Source of the DNA: the human T2T-CHM13v2.0 reference genome, Homo sapiens
Reading direction: 5' to 3' (one strand)
Length of the DNA: 64,000 nucleotides
Assembly: GCF_009914755.1 (NCBI RefSeq)
Contig: NC_060938.1
This document shows positions 14,116-29,432 of the stretch, piece by piece. The stretch's first letter is position 1, and each line of letters opens with the position of its first letter. The notes beneath the pieces are model-generated. The model saw only the letters and a program-made list of their open reading frames with translations. It searched no databases and had not been told where the DNA came from. The position numbers and the translations under genes are program-made.

Positions 14116-16519
14116 AAAATGCAAATGGATTTTAGTTCTAATTCTGATTTAGTCATTTGTTAATGAAAATTTAAGTTGCTATTTTACCAAGAAGATGTGA
14201 TTTGTAAGTAATTGGTCATAAATGAACATTTTTATAAATCCCATTTTGACAATAGAAATAATATTGAAGCAGGGATATTTTTATATGTGCTAGTCTTTTC
14301 CACTGACAGCCTCATCATCACTACTTATAGTTTAAAGATCTTATGAGTCAAGCTTGCTTTAAATTCTCAACTTTGTATAACACAAGTGGAGTTTTTAGCT
14401 CCCAGTCCAGACATAATTTTGTCTTATGCTTACTCTAAATTTTTATCACAAGCCATAAGCTGTTCTGTTGATAGATTTATCACAGGATAATACTTATATC
14501 TTTAAAATTGTAGTGAAATTACAAACAAAAGATATTGAGATACCTTTTAAAAATATTAAAATACAGAATATATTGTAACTGTTCTTCACTCCAATAACAC
14601 AAAAGAAAAGGTTATATTTCTCAGTGAGGATTTTGCTGTGTATTGTGAAGAAAATGGCAAACCAGGATAAATTCTATAAATGTTTGTTGACTACCTCGTC
14701 AAATATATTAGAGTGTCTTAATATAATTTACTTGTCTTAAAATTCTACAAAGCTTTTTTCAAATAACTATTAAATTAAAGTTTTTCTTTTCCTACTCATC
14801 TCTACTTCCTTATGCCAAACTCATTATCTTAGACCTGAACCACACAATAGTTCATGGTTTTCTTAAACATTGCTACATTCCCAAAGACTTCCTTTTTTTT
14901 GTTTCAACTTCATGCTCAAAAACTTCTAATCATTACTATAAGATAAAACCCAGTTGGAATCTCTCTCTTCACCCCATCTATCACTAGAATATAATAGCCT
15001 ATCACTTTCCAAAATGAATTTTCTTTTCCAGAAAATTTCAATTCCCTTCTCTCACCATTCTTTCAAAATGCTCTCCATCTTATAAACTTGTACGCTCCAT
15101 GAGGCTGGGGAGTCTAGTTTTAGCAGCACAGTGATTTATAGGTCACGGATGCACATATGTATTTGTTAGATCTCTCTATTTGGAATACCCTGAATTTATC
15201 AATAATTTTTTTCATCTTATTTTAGAATACGAATTGCCTTTCTGGGTATAATGCAGAAATGACATAGTTGCTATGCTGCTGACGAAATGGTTAGATCACG
15301 CCTGGATGCTACTCAATTTATAACCAAATTAAATACATTGTATATGGTTAATTCTGCCTGTTTATCAGAACTTTACTTACAGAGGGGGCCAATTTGAGTC
15401 ATATTTAAAGCCACCATTCAGCACTTAACAGTTTTAAATATAACATGATTTTCATAGAAAGGCTCTTGCTTTACCATTGCATACATTTATCAGATACATG
15501 AAAACACAGTTCTAACTAAAGGATAAACCCTGCATTTCCATCAATAAGAGGCCTGTTGAAAGAAACTGATTATTATGGTAGAGCTGAAGATAATATGAGC
15601 TTGCTTTAACATATAAGAAGTAACATATGATGCTAATCAAAAATTCAGAATAAATAAAAAATAAAGCACATGAATTAAAAAATAAAGTTGCTAAACAAAT
15701 ATTGAAGATGATATATTTTTCAGCCAAGTAGGTCATAACTAAAATATTGATAAAATATTTTATTTTTATAGTCAAAACTTTTAAGACACAGGGTTTTTTT
15801 TTACATTTTAACATCTCTATAAATGGTAGAATCTTATATTCATGATTCTTATATAATAGATTTACTGTTCTTTTTGATACATAAAAGAATGGCTTTTCTT
15901 ATAGATTGCAACTTAGATTTCACAAAATATAAATATGTGAAATATTTTAGGGTTTGTAGTGATAATTTTACAGCATATTACGGATTGCATGAAGGATAAC
16001 TTAATTTCTAAAACATTTAACTTAAAATTGTATAATGAAATGTGTATAATTTATATGATCAAAGAGAATTCTCAATAATCTATTTAAAGCAATAGTTCTA
16101 TATCTGTAGTGAGCATTCCAGGAAACATTAGCACCAGAGCATTTCTGAAGCATCTTAAAAAAATAGTTGTGTGAAATGAAGCAGTGTAAATATTTTACAC
16201 TTTGGTATTATGAAATAGTAATGTTCAAACGCCCACAAATGGAAAGAATAAGGTCAGCAAAAGTTGTGAAAGACAAAATCCTCACTTACAAACCTGTCTT
16301 TGAAAATAGAATGTAAGGATTTACCCCCAATAAACAAACAAGCAAACAAATAAATAAAGTATATAAATTCATTCTGTAATTTAATATTTAAATATTGAAA
16401 TTTGCCTAAAATATTCATGGCTATTGTTTTCAATTTAGAGACTATATTCCAAAAGCAGTGAAATTTAACTTAAGAATATGATTTAAAACTTCTCATGTTT
16501 TTACATATATAAATGATAG

Positions 16520-16792
<273 letters not shown>

Positions 16793-16968
16793 TGAATTTT
16801 TTTTATTATTACATTGGAATTTTCTTTGATTTGAAGGCTTATATTTCTAAAATACATTGGGAAAAAAGCTCAACTATAACCCAGTAGCAAAAATCCAAGA
16901 CTTTTAAATTATTTTTATTGCATATATCGATAATTGCCATCAATGTTTAATTACATTTAGTGCTATGT

Positions 16969-19900
16969 TATAAATACAATCAGACATGATAAGGGAGATA
17001 TTACCACTGACACCACAGAAATGCAAACAACCAACAGAGAATATTATGAACACCTATATGCACATAAACTAGAAAACCTAGAAGAAATGGATAAACTCCT
17101 GGACACATACACCTTCCCATGATTGAACCAGAAAGAAATTGAATCCCTCAATAGACCAATAATAAGTTCTGAAATTGAGGCACTAATAAATAGCCTACCA
17201 ACCAAAAAAGGCCCAGGACCAGATGGATTCACAGCTGTATTCTATCAGATGTACAAAGAAGAGCTGATACCATTCCTACTGAAACGATTCCAAAAAATTG
17301 AGGAGAAGGGACTCCTTCCTTACTCATTCTGTGAGGCCAGGATCGTCCTGATACCCAAATCTGGCAGAGATACAACAAAAAAAGAAGTTGGCCAATATCC
17401 ATTATGAACATCTATGTGAAAATCCTAAACCAAATACTGGCAAGCCAAATCCAGGAAAACATCAAAAAGCTTACCCACCATGATCAAGTAGGCTCTAGCC
17501 CCAGGATGCAAGCCTGGTTCAACATATTCAAATCAATAAATGTGATTCAGCACATAAACAGAACTAAAGACAAAAATCACATGATTTTCTCAATAGTTAC
17601 AGAGAAGCCTTTCGATAAAATTCAATATCCATTCATTTTGAAAACCTCAATAAACTAGGTATTGAAGGAACAGACCTCAAAGTAATAAGAGCCATCTATG
17701 ATAAATCCACAGCCAACATTATAGTGAATGAGCAAAAGTTGGAAGCATTCCACGTGAAGACCAAGACAAGCACAAGACAAGAATGCCCTCTCTCACCACT
17801 CCTATTCAACATGGTATTGGAAGTTTCGGCTAGGGCAATCAGTCAAGAGGAGAAATAAAGGGCATTCAAATAGAAAGAGAGGGAGTCAAACTATCTCTGT
17901 TTGTAGATCATATGATATTCCGTGTAGAAAACCACGTAGTTTCAGCACAAAAGCTTCTTCTTTTTCTTTTTTTTTTTTGAGATGGAGTCTCGCTCTGTCA
18001 CCCAGGACTCAGGCTGGAGTGCAGTGGTGCAATCTTGGCTCACTGCAACCTCCACCCTCCTGGGTTCAAGCGATTCCTCTGCCTCAGCCTCCCGAGTAGC
18101 TGAGATTACAGGTACCTGCCACCACGCTCGGCTAATTTTTTGTATTTTTAGTAGAGACGGGATTTCACCGTATTAGCCAGGACGATCTCAATCTCCCGAC
18201 CTCGAGATCTCCCTGCCTAGGCCTCCCAAAGTGCTGGAATTACAGGCGTGAGCCACCAAAAGCTTCTTAAAAAAAAGCCCGGCCCCAAAAGCTTCTTAAA
18301 CTGATAAACAAATTCAGCAAAGTCTCAGGATACAAAATCGATTTGCACAAATTACTAGCATTCCTATACACCAATAATAGTAAAACTGAGAGCCAAATCA
18401 GGAATGAACTCCCATTCACAATTGCCGCAAAAATGAATAAAATACCTTGGAATACAGCTAACTAGAGATATGAAAGATCTCTACAGGAGAACTACAAACC
18501 AGTGCTCAAAGAAATCAGAGATGACACAAAGAAATGGAAAAAAAAAATCAATGCTCTTAGATAGGAAGAATCAATATCATTAAAATGGCTATACTGCCCA
18601 AAACAATTTACAGATTCAATGCTATTCCCATTAAACTACCATTGACATTTTTCACAGAACTAGAACATACAATTTTAAAATTAGTATGGAACCAAAACCC
18701 CATGGTACTTGAACAAGAACAGACACATAGACCAATGGAACAGAATAGAGAACCCAGGAATAAGATGCACACTTACACTATCTGATCTTCAGTAAATCTG
18801 ACAAAAGCAAGCAATTGTGAAAGAGTTCCCTATTTAATAAATGGTGCTGGGATAACTGATTAGCCATATATAGAGGATTGAAATTGCACCCCTTCCTTAC
18901 GCCATATACAAAACCCAACTCTCGATGGATTAAAGACATAAATATAAAACCTAAAACTATAAAAACCCTGGAAGACAACCTAGGCAATACCATTCGGGAC
19001 ATAGGCATGGGCAAAGATTTCATGATGAAGATGCTGAAAGCAATTGCAATAAAAGAAAAAATTGACAAATGGGATCTAATTAAACTAAAGAGTTTCTGCA
19101 CAGTGAAAGAAACTATCAACATAGTAAACAGACAACCAACAAAATGGGATAAAATTTTTACAAACTATTCATCCAACAACGGTCTAATATCCAGGATCTG
19201 TAAGAAACTTAAACATATTTATAAGAAAAAAACAAACAACCCCATTAAAAAGTGGGTAAGAGATATGAACACACTTTTTAAAAGAAGATAAATATATGGC
19301 CAACAAACATGTGAGAAAAAGCACAACATCACTGATCATTGGAGAAATGCAAATCAAAACCACAATGTGAGGCCATTTCATACTAGTCAGAATGGCTTTT
19401 ATTAAAAAGTCAAAAAATAATAGATGAGAGTGAGGTTGTGGAGAAAAAGGAAGATTTGTACACTGTTGGAGAGAGTCAAATTAGTTCAGCCACTGGAATT
19501 CGTCATAGACCTAAAGACAAAACTACCATTGGACCCAGCAATCCCATTACCGGGTATATATCCAAAGGAATAGAAATCATTCTAGCATAAAGATAAATGC
19601 CCATATATGTTCATGGCAGCACTATTCACAATAGCAAAGACATGCAATCAACCTAAATTCCCATCAATGATAGACTGGATAAAGAAAATGTGGTACCTAT
19701 ACACCATGGAATACTATGCAGCCATAAAATGAACAAAATCATGTCCTTTGCAGGAATGTGGATGGAGCTGGAGGCCATTATCCTCAGCAAACTAATACAG
19801 TAACAGAAAACCAAATACTGTATATTCTTGCTTGAGGTGGGAGCTAAATGATGAGAACACATAGATGGGAAGAATACACAATGTGGCCTTTTGTAGGGTG

Positions 19901-20062
19901 GAGGTTGGGAGGAGGGAAATGATCCAGAAAAACAACTAGTGGGTGCTAGGCTTAATACCTGGCTGGTAAGATATTCTGTACAACAAACCCTCATGACACA
20001 GGCTTACCTACATAACAAACCTGCACTTGGCCCCTGTACTTAAAATAAAAATCAAAATAAAA
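16969..20062 (+). mobile_element. 5'-truncated L1 (L1PA13-like): decayed ORF2 RT/C-terminal region plus 3' UTR
   Basis: ORF fragments match L1 ORF2 ([46 protein letters not shown]) with stops and frameshifts; L1PA-type 3' UTR and A-rich tail. Confidence 0.95.
17960..18284 (-). mobile_element. AluS nested in L1, with an internal insertion of target-site sequence
   Basis: Antisense Alu; TSD caaaagcttctt; extra copy at 18257-18276. Confidence 0.95.
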
Positions 20063-20751
20063 TATTATAGTGGTAAGATGATTTCCTACCCTGTAGAGTC
20101 AGGATTTTTAGCCTATATTCATGTAGAACATTACAAAATTTAATAATTGTGAGTAGTAATTAGTGTTAGAATAAAAGTCTTTGTAAGACTTTCTTTGAAA
20201 GATCACCTAAAGTTATACAAAATGTCATACCAACATTTCTCTGACAATCATTCTTTTACTTTTCCATGGCAATATTCCATAGAATATTGGTTTTTGAAAT
20301 ACATTAATACAGTCTTTATAGTTTCATAATCAGGCAGTCATTGTGAATTATAAAATACAAATTTTCCACTTTTCATGTGTTTCAATATTATAGCTGACAA
20401 GAAAATACAGCTATGGCATTTAATGAAGTCAGCCAGAAAAAACACTATAATTTAACACTAAACTTTAAAAAAATTTAACTTATAAATTAAATCAAATCAA
20501 ATATATAGTTTTGTCTCAATTAAACTATACATTTTTATAGATAAAATCAATTTGTTCATTTTTACAATCCATAAACGCATTTACAAAAGATGTATATTTT
20601 ATATATTCATTTAAGTCTTTTTTCATAACAGCAGACAAAGAGGTAAACAGAAAAAAACTTTACAATATAGTATGGCATATATAAATTATCATCAATTGAA
20701 GTAACATATATAAAGATAGCTATATATTTTTCATTTTAAAAAATTATTTGC

Positions 20752-21135
20752 CCCGGTGTCAAAAATTAAACTAAAGAGCTTCTGCACAGTGAAAGAAACT
20801 ATCAACATAGTAAACAGACAACCTACAGAATGGGTTGTCCCATTCTGTGTCCATGTGTTCTCATTGTTCAATTCCCACCTGTGAGTGAGAACATGTGGTG
20901 TTTGGTTTTTTGTCCTTGCAATAGTTTGCTGAGAATGATGGTTTCCAACTTCTGTTGTGGGGTGTGGGGAGGGGGCAGGGATAGCATTAGGAAATATACC
21001 TAATGTTAAATGACGAGTTAATGGGTACAGCACACCAACATGGCACACGTATACATATGCAACTAACCTGCACGTTGTGCACATGTACCCTAAAACTTAA
21101 AGTATAATAAAAATAAAAATAATGAAATTTAAAAA
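20752..21135 (+). mobile_element. Short young L1PA (PA4/5-like) 3' end with 5' inversion and extra 5' segment
   Basis: Sense 3' UTR ~20953-21135; antisense 3' UTR piece ~20845-20948; sense ORF2 piece 20764-20834; TSD aaaaa(t/a)tatttgc. Confidence 0.9.
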
Positions 21136-21958
21136 AAATATTTGCTTAAAGTTACATTTCTATAAAATAAGAGCGAATCTACTGTTTTATAAGGTCTTTT
21201 GCTTCTCCCCACCTTCAAATTTTCCATGTACTTGCAGGCTTACTATCAAATTAGAAAATCCATTGCTAAATGTGAAGAGGACAAAAACCTAATCTATACT
21301 GTTGCATGACCTGCTAGTCACTGCCATTGTATCTGTGGGCGCCACAGAGAGTTGCTGGTGAAAACTGGTCCTAAACAGCCTAATGCATTCATGTTTACTG
21401 CTGAAATGATGACTTCGAACTGCAGTGACGTACCAAGTTAATAACATTACTTTAATGCAGATCACACAAAATACAAACTGGTGTGGTTGGATAAGGTAAG
21501 TGACCCAAGGAATGTCAATGCAGGCATTGGATTCAGCTTCCAGAATGTTAGAACCTTGAACAGAAGCAGGTTTATTAGAAAATACATGTTTGTTTGCCAG
21601 CTGGATGTGTCTTTGCTGTTTGTGTTTTCCTATTCTATACTTCCACTGTTGTAAAACAGAAACCACAGTGAGGAAGAGTAAAATTTTGATTTGCTAATGT
21701 CAAAGCATGGACAGAAATATGTCCAGCATTGCTATTGCATTTCACTTACCTGCCTTTCTTAATGTAGTCACCTCTCTTTTTATTTCCCTTTTGTGCCTTT
21801 TGATAATGAGTTAGTAGTCTTTCTCCACATAATTTGTTATCAATGTATAACGGTTAAGTCATACTGTGTTAATACATCAATGAGTTTTCCAAAATTTTAT
21901 TCTGAATTATGCTGTAGATCCTCCCTAGAGGTATGCTTTTCCTCTGAATCTTCTAGAT

Positions 21959-22283
21959 CTGCAAATATTTTCTGTTAAGTCCTATAAATTATACATTTTA
22001 GGCTTTGCAGATCATACAATCTCTGTCTCAACTACTCAACTCTGCCGTTTTAACTCAAAAGTGACCACAGACAATAGGTAAACAAATGAAAGTGGTTACA
22101 TCCTCAGAAAACTTTATTAATTGACACTAAACTTTGAATTTCTTATAACATTTATGTGTCCCTGAAATAGTCTCTTCCCCCTCAACACTTTAAAGTTTTA
22201 AAAAATATTCTTAGCTTATGAGCTGTGCAAACACAGGTGATAGGATCTATCTGGCCCAATGAATTGTAGTTTGCTGACCTCTG
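21959..22283 (+). mobile_element. hAT MITE, MER58B-like
   Basis: ttttaggctttgcagatcatacaatctctgtctcaactactcaactctgcc and end tagtttgctgacctctg; degenerate 8-bp TSD ttctagat/ttccagct. Confidence 0.85.
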
Positions 22284-22946
22284 TTCCAGCTCTGGATTTC
22301 TCCATCCTAGCTGCATATTGGAAGTAGGTCCTAAACCAGATTAATTAAATCATAATCCCTGCTCACATGTCTGTGTTTTGTTATATTTTTAAAACTTTCT
22401 GGGTGATTTCAGTGTTAATATGCTAATCTTTTCGGAAACAATATCATTTTTAAAAATTTAGTGTTTTTCTCCCCTCTCTATTGTTAACTAATATGAATCT
22501 AAGCTCAATAGGTATGTGTCAGAAAAGTGTAAGAGTATTGCAGATCCCTCTGTTTATATGCCACTCAGTGGGTAGGTTAGTACCTCTTTTAGATCTACAC
22601 TTTGAAATCAGGTTGAGGTACACATATCTTAGTCTGATTCTCTTTTTCTAGTAAAACATATTAGAGTTGTATTTTCATCCTATCCCTGAGCTCTTTTTGG
22701 TTTGATGCTCTGAGACAATGTTAATACATGAAAACCTGTACTTTCAAACACATGTAAACTGCTACACTGGTTATTTTTCTAACCAACACTCCCTACTGTA
22801 CTTGACCCACTCACAAAATCTAAAACCACAGAATGTATTGATCCAACCCCTCAAAATCCTTACTTCTTGTGCACTTTTATTCTAGGATTTACAGTCTCCA
22901 TCTTGGTGGACTAAGATGCTAGCACTGCTTAGAGTAAGGAGAAGGC

Positions 22947-23403
22947 TGTCAAATATTGACACCATGCCCTCCCCCACAAAAATTCACCAGAAAAAAATAT
23001 TGATCACACAAAACTAAGTTTATTAGACCCACTGCAATGAAAGAGAACACCATATTGACTGAATCTTAGTAGTGACTGAGAGGGGTAAGGTCAGGGGAGT
23101 ACACTCATGGGGTCTTAAGGACTGGAGTGAAGGACTTTAAGGTGGATGTTGTAAGGTATAAAACTGGTTATCGTTAAGAAATTTACAAGATAGTAGCTTT
23201 AACCTAGTGGATGTGGCAAGGTGAGTCTTGAAGCAAGTCTTGATGATGAGCAAGTTCTTGGACTTAAAAAATATGCTATTTTAATTATTTTTCCCAGTCT
23301 TCTGATAACAAGAGTTGTTTAACGCAAATTGCTAAGTTGCTTTTGCCTGGTAATAGTAGTGTTTAAAACAGGGACAGAAAAGTATGTTGCTACCAGTTTT
23401 AAA
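22947..23403 (-). mobile_element. Probable old ERVL-type solo LTR
   Basis: Starts TG; antisense poly(A) signal tttatt near 23018; GC-richer than flanks. Family uncertain. Confidence 0.45.
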
Positions 23404-23984
23404 GGCAACTAGAATGAGTTAAATAGTACTCTACTTTATAAAGCTACTCTTCAAAAAAGTTGGTGGGCAATCTAGTTTTAAATTTGTGTAGGACCTAAAG
23501 ATTGGAATCACAGGGCTAATGATGGATAACGATAAAGCTCATTTTGCATTTTAGGTGGTCTTTATTTTATATTATGAAGTATAAATTCCAGGAGTTATCT
23601 CTCTCTCTCTGGCTTTTGATAGAAAGATATAGATAGATCTATATCTATCTGTATATACAGAATAAATCTATCTCATAGTTAACTGTGAATTATCTCTGGT
23701 TCTATAATTTGGTTGCCTGTTACTGCTTCTAATGGTGTAAAACTGTCTTATGTCTATTCATGGCTATTTTATGAGAATTTAGGTAACTCTTCTTAATTGT
23801 GAATCATTTGAGAAGAAATTGCTTAAGTAATAGCCTCTAAGACTATATAGATATAGATATATATAGATATAGAACAACCCAGTATAAGTAGCACAAAATC
23901 ATTGGCATAGTAAGTAATATAGTTTTTTAAATAATCTATTATGAACAAGAGATAGTGAAGTAACCGGAGGTTTTCAAGAAAAGA

Positions 23985-24864
<880 letters not shown>

Positions 24865-25150
24865 CTGTTTTGTGAGGCAACTACTGTTTTCATCCCCAGT
24901 ATCCAGATGAGAAAATTTGATCATAAAGGAAACTGGCAACATAACTAAGGTCACATAGCAGTTCTATTATGCTAAATTTGGCATGAAGAGACACATACGC
25001 TTTTTCCTACTTTGTGAATGTGACTTCATTGAGCTTCATTTTCCTTACCTGTAAAAGAGAGCGAGAAAAAAAACAATGCCAGTCACACAGGCACAGTGGT
25101 TATGTTACTTAAATGTGATAATATGCTGAAAACATTATGATGCAGTAAAT
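24865..25150. mobile_element. MIR fragments
   Basis: cagatgagaaaatttga..aaggtcacatagc and gagcttcattttccttacctgtaaaa core motifs in opposite orientations. Confidence 0.55.
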
Positions 25151-26083
25151 AACTCTATTAACATACAAATCGTTAATCATATTAACATTATTCATTAATA
25201 TTTCATTAATTGTTAATATCTTATTAACTGAAAATATGCAGTATGTTTTCTGAAAATATACATTATAAAGCTGCAATTTTTACACTAGAAAAACTGCAAA
25301 CAATTGTACTTTTTATAATATATATTTTTAGAGTTCATATATATCTACATCTACATATTTTTTTATTAATCGCTCAATAGATTTCTCAGACAAAAGCAAT
25401 CTCTCTCCACTTCTACAAACATTTTATCAGTAGCCCTTTCTTATTTTTCCATTGTTCCTTGTCAGTTCTAATTTAATGTAAGCTCTTGAAGTTGAGGATT
25501 ATGATTTGATAGCTTTGTATCCCCTCAGATACCTGACTCATAAAGTGATACATATAATAGATGTTTGATAAATATTATTGAATGAACATTATGGTATTTT
25601 ATTTCTTCACATCCAGCATATATGTTTATATTATATCCCATGAAGTATAGGACAATGCTTATCTCCAATGCTACGTAAAAACACAATATCAACAAAAGGT
25701 AATATGTCATTCTATAGCTTAGGTTAGTAGAAATGCTTTCACTTGTTATTCTTACTGAACAAAGCAAACCCACCAGAAATGTCATTTCTGAATTCACTTC
25801 AATTGGCTCAGATTTTTGGAAGAGTGGAAAAGTTTGTAATAAAAAGAATCTTACTGAAGATCAATAAGGTTTCATTTCCACTTACAGCTTTCTTTGAACA
25901 TTTTTTTTTCTTCCCACATACCTATACAACTACTCATGGTCCACAGACACTGAGAGCATAAGCGTACCTGAAAGAATTCTAAAAACGCAGTTGGAAGCAC
26001 AGCTTTCTTTCCTGTTCTTACAATTGTGATTGCTAGAATGCATCTTCTACTATATAATTCTGAGGGCCTTAATAAAGTAAATT

Positions 26084-26144
26084 CCATTAAATGTATCATA
26101 TATTTGAACTATACCGTTAAATGCATCATATATTTGAACTATAC
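26084..26144. repeat. Tandem duplication, 30-bp unit x2
   Basis: ccattaaatgtatcatatatttgaactata then ccgttaaatgcatcatatatttgaactata (2 mismatches). Confidence 0.95.
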
Positions 26145-26411
26145 TTACTCTAAAAAATGGAAAAAAACAGATCCTTGATATGTATGAACATTTAAAAATG
26201 ATACTACCACTTAATTAGAGAGGAGAACATCAAATCAAATAGATGGTTTAAATAGCTTTTAATTTTTGAACAAATATTAGAATACATTACACATAAGCCT
26301 ATGCTTACTACCCAACTGCAAACTACACATTGTCAGGGATAATTTCTATTAAATGCTTATCTATATAGCATAAAAACAGTGACTACTCAAGCTATCTGAA
26401 TACAATGTTCA

Positions 26412-28256
26412 TTTTTTCTTTCAACTTTTATTTCAGGTTCAAAGGATACACGTGTGGGTTTATTATGTAGGTAAATTGTGTGTTTTAGGGATTTGGTGTA
26501 TAGATTATTTCATCACCCAGGTAATAAGCATAGTAACAGATAGGTAGTTTTTTGATCCTCACCCTCCTCTCTACCTCCACCCTCCAGTAGTCCCTGGCAT
26601 CTGTTGTTCCCTTCTTTGTGTCCATGTGCACTCAGTGTTTAGCCCCCACTTATAAGTGAGAAGATGTGGTGTTTGGTTTTCTGTTTCTGCATTTACTCAT
26701 GTAGGATAATGACCTCCAGCTCCATCCAAGTTGCTTCAAATGACATGATCCCATTCTTTTTAGGGATGCTTAATATTCCATGGTGTATATCTGCCAGATT
26801 TTCTTTATCCAGTCTATCATTGATGGGCATTTAGGTTGATTCCATTTCTGTGCTGCTGTCAAGAGTGCTGCAATGTACACGTGCGCATATGTCTTTACCG
26901 TAAGATGACTTATATTCCTTGAGTATATATCCAATAATTGGATTTCTGGGTCGAATGGTATCTCTGTTTTTAGATCTTTAAGAAATCTCCAAACTTCTTT
27001 CCACAGTGCCTGAATAGGTTTACATTCCCACTATTGGTGTAAGCATTCTCTTTCCCCCACAACCTCACCAGCATCTATTACGTTTTGACATTTTATTAAT
27101 AGCCATTCTAATTTGTGTGAGATGGTATTTCATTGTAGTTTTTATTTGCATTTCTCTAACGATTCGTGGTGTTCAGTATTTTTTCATACTCTTCTTCGTT
27201 GAGTGTACGCCTTCTTTAGAGAAATGTCTGTTCATGGTTTTTGCTCACTTTTTAATGAGGTTGTTTGATTTTTGCTTGTTGATTTGTTTCAGTTCCTTAC
27301 ATATTCTGGATATTAAATCTTTGTTGGATCCATAAATTGCAAATATTTTCTCCCAGTCTGTTGGTTGTCTGTTTACTCTGTTGACAGTTTATTTTGCTGT
27401 GCAGAAGCTCTTTAGTTTAATTAGATCCCACTTATCAAATTGTGTTTTCATTGCAGTTGCTTTTGGCTTCATCCTTATAAAGTCTTTGTCACACCTTATG
27501 TCCAGAATGGTATTTCCTATGTTGTCTTCTAGGGTTTTTAATGTACAAAAAATAAGCAGCTTTTCTATATACCAACAATATCCAAGCTGAGAGCCAAATC
27601 AAAACCATAGTCCCATTCACAACAGTCACACACAGAAGACACAAAATAACTAGGAATACAGCTAGCCGGGGTGGTAAAAGACCTCCGTAACGAAAATTTC
27701 AAAACACTACTGAAAAACATCAGAGATAACAAACATATGGAAAAACATTCCATGCTCATGGATAGGAAGAATCAGCATCAATAAAATGGCCATACTGCCC
27801 TAAGAAATTTACAGATTCAATGCTATTCCTAGTAAACTACCAATGAATTTTTCCCAGAATTAGAAAAAAAAGACATTCTAAAATTTATATGGAACCAAAA
27901 AAGAGCCCAAATAACCAAAAGAGTCTTAAGCAAAAAGAATAAAGGTAAAAGTATCACACTACCCAACTTCAAACTATACTACAAGGCTACAGTAACCAAA
28001 ACAGCATGATACTGGTACAAAAGCAGAAACATAGACCAATGAAACAGATTAGAGAACCCCAAAATAAAGCAGACCTATAACCAACTGCATCAACAAAGTC
28101 AACAAAAACAAGCAATGGAGAAAGGACTTCCTATCCAATAAATGTTGCTAGGATAACTGAGTAGCCATATGCAGAGGATTGAAACTGGGCCCCTTCCTTT
28201 CACCATATGCAAAAATCAACTTGAGATAAAGACTTAACTGTAAAACCTAAAGCTAA
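26412..28256 (-). mobile_element. 5'-inverted L1 (L1PA15/16-like), twin-priming structure
   Basis: Antisense 3' UTR/ORF2 end at 26412-27540, then sense ORF2 at 27541-28256; the two pieces are nearly contiguous in L1 coordinates (..aaaacctaaa / taaaaaccctagaagac..). Confidence 0.92.
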
Positions 28257-28624
28257 AATGAATGTTTTTAATATAAATGTTTTTATGTACTTACTGCAAA
28301 TCACATAATACATTAAGAACTTTAACATTATCATTTTATTTATTTTAATAACAATCCTGTAGTATAGTTAAAATGTTGCCAATTTTACAGAGTAGAAACC
28401 TGGAATTCTGGGACCATGTTACATAACCTAATTTCAAAGGCTTCTGTAGAACTTCATAAAATGCACAGGCATCCTGGTTTACTACTCAAACAATAATCAA
28501 TGTCTTTCTTCTATCAGTCAATCATTGTGTAGCTTTAAACAATTCACAATTATTTGTGCACAATATCTGTGCTATTCTATCTTAAAACAAATAATTCACC
28601 CATTCTTCTTTTTCTTTCATTTTT

Positions 28625-29432
<808 letters not shown>

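Noticed and set aside
17123-19291. Reverse-transcriptase-like ORFs
   Set aside because: Frameshifted fragments of a dead, 5'-truncated L1 ORF2; not an active or novel RT system.
21289-21666. 125-aa minus-strand ORF
   Set aside because: GTG start, no recognisable domain and no donor consistent with the frame.
23625-23872. Apparent palindromes in ATAG/CTAT-rich sequence
   Set aside because: Short, imperfect, and explained by simple-repeat composition.
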